A stretch of 64,000 nucleotides of DNA from an uncultured Eubacteriales bacterium (GTDB lineage: Bacteria; Bacillota; Clostridia; Oscillospirales; CAG-272): NCBI GenBank assembly GCA_905187695.1, contig CAJJIY010000005.1:8546-72545 (forward strand), in the 5' to 3' direction. Every line of letters starts with the position of its first letter. Positions within the stretch are counted from its first letter, which is position 1. Below are positions 1-7,879 of the stretch, piece by piece. Below the pieces are notes generated by a model, which did no database searches, was not told the origin of the DNA, and saw nothing but the letters and a program-made list of their open reading frames with translations. The position numbers and the translations under genes were made by a program.

Positions 1-1569
1 ACCATCGGCACGGTAGAAGGCACTCCTGCTCCCGTTTTCACTTCCGGAAATGTCATCTTCCGGATGGTCGATAACGATGTGCTGTCCCCTGTGACGATCA
101 ACGGCGGCGTTTTCAATGCCACCGGCAACGGAAAGATTTTCCTGATCGGCGCTTCTGCCATTAAACGCAATTTGGCCGGCGAGATGACGGATATTGAGGA
201 TGACGGCGCCAAGAAGGGCCGCGTAACCATCCAGGGCGGCACATTCTCTTCCGAATTTGGCGCGGCCATTGAATACACCACAATCTACAACTTGGCTCAG
301 GTAACCATTACGGCGGCCGGCGACTTTACTGCCTGCAAGGTTCCGCTCAAGATGTGCACCGACAGCCAGCTGACCGGCATCGAACTGCTGACGGCCGGTT
401 GCATCGCCACAAATACCTTCCATATGCTCACACCTGCGGCAGATGGTTCCTCCTCTTCTTCGGCGGCGGGCACCACCTGGTATAAGGATGTGGAAGCTCT
501 TTGGAATAACCTTGACAATAGCTATGAAGACGGCGAGATCACGCTGTTGGCAGATCAGAATTATGCCATTGACCTCACCGGCCACAACTTCTATGCGGTG
601 GTTCATGTGAACGGCAAGGCCATCAATCCCGAGCTGATCACCGGCGCCGTGCTGGGTGGCGCTCCTGAAGAGGGAACCGTTACCATGGATTGCTCCAAGA
701 CGGTCATCGCGTCCTCTCAGGTCACGCTTAAGGACAACATCGTGGTTTCGTTCAAGGGCGTTCGTCTGGCTCACGGTCAGACCAAGCTGGTCGTCACCAT
801 TGCCGGCAAGCGGTTTGAACTGAATGTGGCAGACGCGGTGCAGACCGAAGCAAATGCCTACAGAGCCTGGCACGAGAAATATCTGGATCCGAACGATCTT
901 GACGAAGATGGAAATCCCAAAGAAAAGAGCCGGTACAACTACCTGACGGAAGCTCTTCCCGAATACACCTTCACTTTCGAGGGTCTGGTTCCTCAGTGCT
1001 ACGACACCAATGTGACGATCACCGACGAGGCCGGTACCGGCACCGAAATCTTCAACCTGAAGGCATATTGCGAAACTGTCAAGGTTGATAAGCCCGAGTT
1101 CACCGCAGTGGCGGATGCGCTCCTCGTCTACGGCGAGGCTGCCCGCCAGTATGTGGAAAACGAAGTAGTGGCCGCTCCCGAAGGTTTCGAGGCTCCCACG
1201 CCCGGCGATGTCTCCAAGACTGAGATCACGGGTGTTGTCTTCCAGAGCGCTCGTCTGAACCTTGCCGACAAGGTTTCTCTGGTCTTCCGTGTGGAACTGA
1301 CCGGTAATCTTGCCGAATACACCGTCACGGTGGGCGGCAACCCTGTCACGCCCGTGCTGGTGGAAGGAACAACCTACGATATTACGGTGGATCTGGCTGC
1401 CAGCCAGCTGACGGACGGAATTACGCTGTCGGTGGTGAAGGGCGAAGAGACTGCTACGCTGACCTACGGCGTTGCGAACTACATCGTCAATATGCAGTCC
1501 GACACCGCAATTGCCAACTTCCTTAAGGCGATTTGGCTCTACGGCGTAGCCGCCGCTGCTACGGTTTAA
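1..1569 (+). CDS. GGxF-repeat (predicted parallel beta-helix) secreted protein, 5' end outside the window; paralog of 2106..7541 and 7880..10726
   Basis: The frame is open from base 1 (first ATG at 64) to the TAA at 1567-1569. The N-terminal part has PVTINGGVF and VTIQGGTF repeats that align with DGDCVSPVTVNGGVF and VLSGGEF of 2106..7541. The C-terminal ~300 aa align with the middle domain of that protein (ADALLVYGEAARQY vs VVDLLTYGAEAQKY). Confidence 0.75.
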   Translation, partial: TIGTVEGTPAPVFTSGNVIFRMVDNDVLSPVTINGGVFNATGNGKIFLIGASAIKRNLAGEMTDIEDDGAKKGRVTIQGGTFSSEFGAAIEYTTIYNLAQVTITAAGDFTACKVPLKMCTDSQLTGIELLTAGCIATNTFHMLTPAADGSSSSSAAGTTWYKDVEALWNNLDNSYEDGEITLLADQNYAIDLTGHNFYAVVHVNGKAINPELITGAVLGGAPEEGTVTMDCSKTVIASSQVTLKDNIVVSFKGVRLAHGQTKLVVTIAGKRFELNVADAVQTEANAYRAWHEKYLDPNDLDEDGNPKEKSRYNYLTEALPEYTFTFEGLVPQCYDTNVTITDEAGTGTEIFNLKAYCETVKVDKPEFTAVADALLVYGEAARQYVENEVVAAPEGFEAPTPGDVSKTEITGVVFQSARLNLADKVSLVFRVELTGNLAEYTVTVGGNPVTPVLVEGTTYDITVDLAASQLTDGITLSVVKGEETATLTYGVANYIVNMQSDTAIANFLKAIWLYGVAAAATV

Positions 1570-1597
1570 TCGCTTCGCGAAAGGAGAATGTAAGATC

Positions 1598-1717
1598 ATG
1601 AAAAAACTGAATTTTGTAACACCTGAAGCGGAAATCATTCTTTTCGCAAGTGCGGATGTCATTACGGCCAGCACGGACAGCACGGATCCGATCGACATGC
1701 CGAAAGATAATCTGTAA
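1598..1717 (+). CDS. 39-aa micro-ORF peptide MKKLNFVTPEAEIILFASADVITASTDSTDPIDMPKDNL, function unknown
   Basis: It is below the 60-aa cutoff of the ORF track. ATG 1598 lies 10 nt after AAAGGAGA (1580-1587) and 28 nt after the upstream stop. It shares a 17-residue core with micro-ORF 33115..33288. Confidence 0.45.
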   Translation: MKKLNFVTPEAEIILFASADVITASTDSTDPIDMPKDNL

Positions 1718-2105
1718 GGTTATTTGACAAATTCACATCGGGCGCCTTCGGGCGCCCGCCCCCTCGCCCAACACCTCAAAAGGGTGTTGGGCTATCGGGC
1801 TTTGCGGCCCATGCTCGAAATTCTTTGCTTTTTGTCGCAAAGTGTCCTTTCTCCACGGATACCGGCGACAGGAAAAAGAGACCGACCATCCGCCTTTTTC
1901 ATAGCAATGGACAACCATGGCTGACCCTGGACAGTCAATTTCGTTTTTACGCGTTTTTTTGGGTGGAACGCGGATCAACGCAATCGACAAACGGCCTTTC
2001 GGGATCGCAACCAGTGACACCAGTGAAACAGGGCGCGGTCAGACAAACCGCGCAAAACCGAGTCGTTACAATAAAAAGGAAAAAAGAAAGGAACAGGAAA
2101 AAGAA

Positions 2106-5100
2106 ATGAACATAAAAAAAACACTTCGTTTTTTCCTTCTTGCCTTTGCCGTTTCACTTCTTTTCACACTGACCGCGCTGGCCGCCTCGGCCGCCGATCA
2201 TTATGTGGTGCTGGATGAGAATGAAACCGAGGTCGGAAGGGCAGAAACATTGCAGTCGGCCTTTACGCTTTGTACGGCCGATGGCTATACAATCAGATTA
2301 CTGGACAATGTGACCGAACCGAACAATTCGGCAACGGTCAACGCATGGCCGACCACCGAACTGATTATTGACGGTGACGGCAACAATCTGACATTCAGCA
2401 GTTGGGGCGTTTTCCTCCAAAAGCCGATCCGCACGGTCTTTAAAAACCTGACCATCGGCTCCAACGCCTCGCTGGGTGAAAAGCTCTTTCATCTGGGCAA
2501 CAGTTCGGCCGGGGGCTTGCTCACATTTTCCAATGTGACCCTGTTCGGCAACATTCATGCGGCCGGCGCCGACATCCTTATTAAAAGCGGCAGCTATCAA
2601 AGCTCGCATGACTACGGCATTTTCGACATCAATGATAACGCCAAGTTTTCCAAAATCACCATTGAGGACGGCACCTTTGTCTATTCCGGCTCAAAATCCT
2701 GCCTAAAGGTCGCCACGCTGTCAAGCGGCACTTCCGCCGGAGCGGAAGCCGATGCCGACCGGGCCATCCTACGCATCTCGGGCGGCTCTTTTACCGGCGG
2801 CCCGCAAGGGGTGATTGATTTTGACGGTTATCCCGACCAGAACGGCCGTCTGACCAAATACAACATTGTCATCGAAGGCGGCACTTTTACCAACCTTGGC
2901 GAAGGCGGTAACGCCTGCATTTTCCGTATCCGCAACCGTTCTTTCGGCAGTAAAGTCATCATCCGGGACGGCAATTTTGTCCACGGACAGGGCGGCCGCG
3001 GCGTTTTCAACGCGGCCGGCGCCACGATTGAGGTTTCGGGCGGTGAATTTACTTCTGCGGTTGGTGTTTTCAACTGCACGGACGGAGACTGCGTTTCCCC
3101 CGTTACTGTGAACGGCGGCGTTTTCCGCGCCACCGGGACAGGCTCTGTTTTGCGCATGGTCGCGGCCAATAACGGCAGAGATGTCGAAAAGCAGGGGCAC
3201 ACCGTTCTTTCCGGCGGTGAATTTTACAGCGAAAACGGCCCGATCGTGCTGTATACCACGGCATATTCCGGCGCATCGCTTGGGATCACGGGCGGTACCT
3301 TCGCGCCCGGCGGCATTCAACCCGCCATTAGTAACACCGCCGCGGGCACATTCTCGCTGACCGGCGGCAAATTCCGCGGCATCATCGGTGCCGAGCCTGA
3401 TTCCGGGTACGGCGTGGCGAAAAACGGCGAAGAAGAGGAGATCGTATCCTTGGAAACATTGGGTTATTATCAGGTATTGGCCGCAAACGGCGAATCGTCC
3501 GGCTACTATAAAACACCGCAGCAGGCGTTGGCGGCCGTCACGGCCGGCGGCACGGTTCGGCTGCTTGCGGATGACACATTGAGCTCTTCGCTGGTGTTCA
3601 GCCGCGATTTTACCTATTTCTTTGACGGAAACGGTCACTCCCTGACCTTTGCCTCCGGCAAATATATTCAGATTGTCGGCACCGGCCGGATCACGCTCAG
3701 AAACCTTACGGTAGAGGTGGGTGCCGCTGACAGACTGAGCGCGCGCTGGCTCTTCCTTGACACGGCTTCTCAGGAAGCCAAGCTGACCATTGAAGGCGGC
3801 AACTATTACGGTTACTTCCTCGGCAACGGCGCCACGGTCCACATCAAGAGCGGAAATTTCTTCGGAAACAGCGAGCACGGTATCATTGATATCGGCAGTT
3901 CGCTTGCGGTCTCCCGTGTGGTAATCGACGGCGGCGTATTTACCTATACCGGCACCGAACAGCCGGGCGTCAGCAAGTCAATCATTTATGTGCGCAATAC
4001 CAGCGGCCGTTCTTATGACGCCGCGGCCGGCAGTGACGGGCATGAAATTCTCGTTATCAACGGCGGCACCTTTAAGGGTGGTATTGACGGCAAAATCGAG
4101 ATTTTCAGTTCCCGTTACACCGTCCGGATCAACGGCGGCGCTTTTAACAGCGTCGGCTCGGAAAAGACCCGTTGCGTCATCCGTCTGCGCAATGCGTCCA
4201 AGGGCGGCAAGCTTTACATCACGGGCGGCACTTTTACCCAGACTTATTATAAATCCGACCGGCGTGCCATCATCAACGCCGCGGGCAGCACCGTTTATAT
4301 TTCGGGCGGTACTTTTACCTCGGATTATTGCGCCATCGGCATGACCGACTATGAGTGCCTTTCGGATGTGTATGTGTCCGGCGGCACTTTCATCGGCGGA
4401 ACGCTGGATGAGGACGAAAATCTCATTCCCGGTTTTGCCGATTTCATGGATTCCAACGGCCGCGGTAAACTGGAAATCACCGGCGGCCGCTTCCCGCGCA
4501 GCGTACTGCGCTATATGCCGGTCGGCTACACCACCTTTACCGACGCCAAGGGATTTGTGTGCGTCAAGCCGGTAATGACCGGCATCCGGAGCGCTTCCAT
4601 CTCGCTCGGCTCCAGCATTCTGGTGCAGTATCATGTGGATCTCGCGCCGGAGGATTTCGGCGCCGTCATGTGCTTCAACATGGCAGGGAAAACGCTCACC
4701 GTGACGGGTATTCAGAGCGACCGGGAATGGATCTTTACCTTCCCGCTGGTCACGCCGCAGTGCATGACCGATACCATTACGGCCGTGCTTCAGAAAAACG
4801 GCGCGGCACTGGATACGGTTCCGGACTTTACGGTCCGCGGTTATTGCGACCAGTTGCTTGCCAAGACCGTGGCTGACGGGTATACCGGAAAACAGCTCAC
4901 GGCCATGAAGCGGCTGGTGGTCGATCTGCTCACCTATGGCGCCGAGGCGCAGAAATACGCCGGGCATCATGTGGAGACCCCTGCGGACGAAAATCTCGGG
5001 CTTTACGCTCCCACGCCTTACGAAAAGGCCACAGATGATTGCCGGAGCGTGTACAACACCGGCAAGGTGACATTCACCTCCGCCTTGTTGCGCCTTGACA

Positions 5101-7541
5101 GTCAGATTCAGGTCCGCTTCAACTTTACCGCCGCCAACACGACCGGTCTGGTGCTGAAGATCCGTATCGGCACGGGAGAAGAGCGTGTTCTTTCCTACAG
5201 CGCAACCGAAAACGGATATACCGCGCTGAGCGAGCCGCTCTCCATCGCGGATGTGAGTACGCTTCTCACGGTCACGGCCTATGAAAACGGCACGGCCGGC
5301 TCGACCGTCACCTACAGCGTCCGTTCTTACATCGCGGCCATGCAGGAAAGCAACGATCCCGCCACGGCGCTTATCCGCGATCTTTACACCTACAGCCTTT
5401 CCGCCACGGCCTATAATGCCGCCATGGGAACCTTTACACCGGTGCTCCGGATTGCCGTCACCAGTGATATTCATCTGTGCTATCCGGAGGCCGGCGTGCC
5501 GAACGCTGCCGGCTCGACCAACAGCTTTTCCGATGTGGCGTATGATCGTGTGGCCAAAATGATGGCCGCTATCAAGGCGCACGCCGACAGCACTTCTTAT
5601 ACGGGGCTGGATGCGCTTCTGGTGGCCGGAGATTTCTCGGACGATGGCAACTTCAACAATCAGTATAACGGTACCAGCCGTGAGGACCCCAATCAGATGC
5701 AGAGTGTTGTCAACCTGCTCAAGCGGGAACTGAACAGCAACGGACTCGATGCCGCCAAGCTGATGCTGGTCATGGGCAACCATGAATATTATCTGGGCGA
5801 AAAGCACAACCCCGGCAATCCGTCCGCCGCGCTGGCCGAGGCGCAAAGCAACTTTATGAGCATTGTCAATTCGCTCCTTGCTTCGGATGTCAGCAGCGCC
5901 TATAACAACATCGGCGATGTTCACTATAAGATCGGTTCCTATCATTTCATCGGTCTGTCTCCTGATATCAACCGTTGCAACCAATTCAGTCAGAGTAAGG
6001 CAGACTGGCTGGAAGCCGAACTGCTGAAAGTCAAGGCCGAGGCCGATTATGATCCGGAACGCCCGATTTTCGTTTTCCAGCACATCGGTATTGCGGGCAC
6101 CATGTACGGGTATGAGTCCGACACAACCTCCAATCTGTGCCTCAAGAAAGTGCTTGATCAATGGCCGCAGGTGGTGAATTTCTCAGGCCACACGCACGCC
6201 AATCTGGACGATCCCCGCGCCATTGATCAGTTCAACTTTACGGCGCTTGAGACCTGCACGCTCCGTTATTACGGCACCAGCGGCGGCTCGCCCACAAACA
6301 CGGTGGGCGGTCTCTTCGGCGGCGGTATGGACGGGATTACCGAGCAGGGCGAAATGAACGGTGCCATGTTCTACATTGTGGAGGTCGGCGCGCAGAATCA
6401 GATGCTGGTCCACCGCTATGATGTGCTGTCCGGCCAGTTTATCGGCGAACCGCTTCTTGTCGATTCGATCGGCCGCAAAGAGCTCTTTACTTTCAACGAC
6501 GACCGTTCTTACTTCTCCGGCGAGCTGGAATACAGCGCCGAGGATCAACTCTCGCCCCGCGTGATTTCGGCCAACTATGCGCTCTTTGATATCCCGAAGC
6601 CGGAAGGCGATGATTATCTCCAACGTTTCTGCTGCGATCTGTACGAGGGAAGCGGCAACAGCCTTTCCTATCGCTATCGCATCTGGCGTTTGGCCGGTAC
6701 CAACCGCTATGACCTTCCTTATGAGGTGACGCTGCCGCTTGGAAATCTGAAAGCCGGCACGACCTACACGGTCAAAGTGTATGCTTACACCTGCTGGGGC
6801 AGAGGCAGCCGTTCGCCGCTCGTTTATACCTTTACCACCGCGCCGGCTTCCGGCACGCTGACGCCGGACATTTTCAGTTTGTCTGTGAGCGGTTCGACCG
6901 TCAAGAACGCTGTCAATGGTGAAACGCTCCAAAAGTATGCCACGGCCACGGCCGGAAGTAGCAAACTGACCTTCACCGGTGCCGGCAACTATCAGTACAA
7001 TCTGAAAGACGAGTTTGAGTATCTCTACCGTTCCTACACGCTGGAAACCGTTTTCACTCTTTCCGAATTGCCCGCAAACGGCAAGACAGTCGTGCCGGTG
7101 GGCACTTACGAGACGGGTGGATTTGCGCTTCGGGTCATCGGAAACGGTTCCAACAGCGCCAATCTCCATTTTGCCATGATCAATTCCGACCGCTCGGTGT
7201 CCGAGGTGTCGGTGTCTTCTGCCATTAAAGCGGGAACAACCTATCATGTCACGGCCACCTATGACGGTGCGAACATGAAACTTTACCTCAATGGCACACT
7301 GGTGGATACGGTGGCCGAGACCCGTGTCATGATCCTGCCCAACATCTACGCATTCAACCTGACCATCGGTTCGGATGCCAACTGGGACAGACAGTACATG
7401 GAGACCGGTCTGCTTGAAAACGCGTACAAACGCGGCACCGGTGAATTGTACATGAAGGGGACTGTTTCGGTGGTGAACCTGTACAGCCGGGCGCTTACTC
7501 AAAGCGAAGTGACCAGTTCCTATCAGGCGCACAAAAATTAA
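2106..7541 (+). CDS. 1811-aa secreted multidomain protein: two GGxF-repeat beta-helix-like modules, a paralog-shared middle domain, a calcineurin-like metallophosphoesterase, and a LamG/concanavalin-like C-terminus
   Basis: The track frame is 1917..7541, but ATG 2106 is the better start. It is followed by the signal-peptide-like MNIKKTLRFFLLAFAVSLLFTLTALAASAAD and preceded by a purine-rich stretch. Metallophosphoesterase motifs are SDIHL (DIH at 5466-5474), GDFSDDGN, GNHEYY, FQHIG and GHTHAN (6186-6200). The LamG-like tail reads YHVTATYDGANMKLYLNGTLVD...VNLYSRALTQSEV. Confidence 0.85.
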   Translation: MNIKKTLRFFLLAFAVSLLFTLTALAASAADHYVVLDENETEVGRAETLQSAFTLCTADGYTIRLLDNVTEPNNSATVNAWPTTELIIDGDGNNLTFSSWGVFLQKPIRTVFKNLTIGSNASLGEKLFHLGNSSAGGLLTFSNVTLFGNIHAAGADILIKSGSYQSSHDYGIFDINDNAKFSKITIEDGTFVYSGSKSCLKVATLSSGTSAGAEADADRAILRISGGSFTGGPQGVIDFDGYPDQNGRLTKYNIVIEGGTFTNLGEGGNACIFRIRNRSFGSKVIIRDGNFVHGQGGRGVFNAAGATIEVSGGEFTSAVGVFNCTDGDCVSPVTVNGGVFRATGTGSVLRMVAANNGRDVEKQGHTVLSGGEFYSENGPIVLYTTAYSGASLGITGGTFAPGGIQPAISNTAAGTFSLTGGKFRGIIGAEPDSGYGVAKNGEEEEIVSLETLGYYQVLAANGESSGYYKTPQQALAAVTAGGTVRLLADDTLSSSLVFSRDFTYFFDGNGHSLTFASGKYIQIVGTGRITLRNLTVEVGAADRLSARWLFLDTASQEAKLTIEGGNYYGYFLGNGATVHIKSGNFFGNSEHGIIDIGSSLAVSRVVIDGGVFTYTGTEQPGVSKSIIYVRNTSGRSYDAAAGSDGHEILVINGGTFKGGIDGKIEIFSSRYTVRINGGAFNSVGSEKTRCVIRLRNASKGGKLYITGGTFTQTYYKSDRRAIINAAGSTVYISGGTFTSDYCAIGMTDYECLSDVYVSGGTFIGGTLDEDENLIPGFADFMDSNGRGKLEITGGRFPRSVLRYMPVGYTTFTDAKGFVCVKPVMTGIRSASISLGSSILVQYHVDLAPEDFGAVMCFNMAGKTLTVTGIQSDREWIFTFPLVTPQCMTDTITAVLQKNGAALDTVPDFTVRGYCDQLLAKTVADGYTGKQLTAMKRLVVDLLTYGAEAQKYAGHHVETPADENLGLYAPTPYEKATDDCRSVYNTGKVTFTSALLRLDSQIQVRFNFTAANTTGLVLKIRIGTGEERVLSYSATENGYTALSEPLSIADVSTLLTVTAYENGTAGSTVTYSVRSYIAAMQESNDPATALIRDLYTYSLSATAYNAAMGTFTPVLRIAVTSDIHLCYPEAGVPNAAGSTNSFSDVAYDRVAKMMAAIKAHADSTSYTGLDALLVAGDFSDDGNFNNQYNGTSREDPNQMQSVVNLLKRELNSNGLDAAKLMLVMGNHEYYLGEKHNPGNPSAALAEAQSNFMSIVNSLLASDVSSAYNNIGDVHYKIGSYHFIGLSPDINRCNQFSQSKADWLEAELLKVKAEADYDPERPIFVFQHIGIAGTMYGYESDTTSNLCLKKVLDQWPQVVNFSGHTHANLDDPRAIDQFNFTALETCTLRYYGTSGGSPTNTVGGLFGGGMDGITEQGEMNGAMFYIVEVGAQNQMLVHRYDVLSGQFIGEPLLVDSIGRKELFTFNDDRSYFSGELEYSAEDQLSPRVISANYALFDIPKPEGDDYLQRFCCDLYEGSGNSLSYRYRIWRLAGTNRYDLPYEVTLPLGNLKAGTTYTVKVYAYTCWGRGSRSPLVYTFTTAPASGTLTPDIFSLSVSGSTVKNAVNGETLQKYATATAGSSKLTFTGAGNYQYNLKDEFEYLYRSYTLETVFTLSELPANGKTVVPVGTYETGGFALRVIGNGSNSANLHFAMINSDRSVSEVSVSSAIKAGTTYHVTATYDGANMKLYLNGTLVDTVAETRVMILPNIYAFNLTIGSDANWDRQYMETGLLENAYKRGTGELYMKGTVSVVNLYSRALTQSEVTSSYQAHKN

Positions 7542-7553
7542 CTCCAATGCAGA

Positions 7554-7615
7554 AGAGAAGGCTTTCCGGCCTTCTCTTTGGAAAATCCGGGGCAGAAACG
7601 GCCCCGGATTTTTTG
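7554..7615 (+). terminator. Tandem hairpins ending the giant gene
   Basis: The first hairpin pairs AGAGAAGGC (7554-7562) with GCCTTCTCT (7569-7577). The second pairs ATCCGGGGC (7585-7593) with GCCCCGGAT (7601-7609) and is followed by a T-run. Confidence 0.7.
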
Positions 7616-7757
7616 CGTTGTCAAAGCGTAAAGTACATCATAGGATGAAAAGGGAATTCCGCGGACTGTACGCCGACCGTGAAATCGGAATTTTTAACAG
7701 AATCTTCTCATTTTTTTTGTGAAATACTGAGAATTTAAAAAAAGTGCTCGTAAAGAC

Positions 7758-7786
7758 TTGACTATTTGTTAAAAAAAATATACAAT
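7758..7786 (+). promoter_or_regulatory. Sigma-A-type promoter for 7880..10726
   Basis: TTGACT (7758-7763), a 17-nt spacer and TACAAT (7781-7786), set in an AT-rich tract. Confidence 0.6.
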
Positions 7787-7879
7787 AGAGTTGTGAAAAT
7801 GTAACGTCAGCAGTCTGCTGTTTTCCTGCCGGCGTTGCAACAACCCCGTGATATTTCTGTAACAAAAGGAGAAAAAATC

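Noticed and set aside
1917-2105. 63-codon N-terminal extension of the giant ORF as listed in the track
   Set aside because: The extension is basic and has no signal peptide, whereas ATG 2106 begins a classic signal peptide. The same reasoning trimmed the track starts of other genes: 7835, 19606, 20006, 21094, 26753, 28753, 38633, 43219, 54283, 57326, 58794 and 60000.
3978-6161. 727-aa ORF antisense to the giant gene, along with the other long minus-strand ORFs at 2769..3878 and 6183..7547
   Set aside because: These ORFs lie wholly antisense to a gene with recognisable signal peptide, repeats and enzyme motifs. Their composition is Arg/Gly/Ala/His-rich low complexity, typical of shadow frames in GC-rich DNA. 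They have no RBS and no family resemblance.
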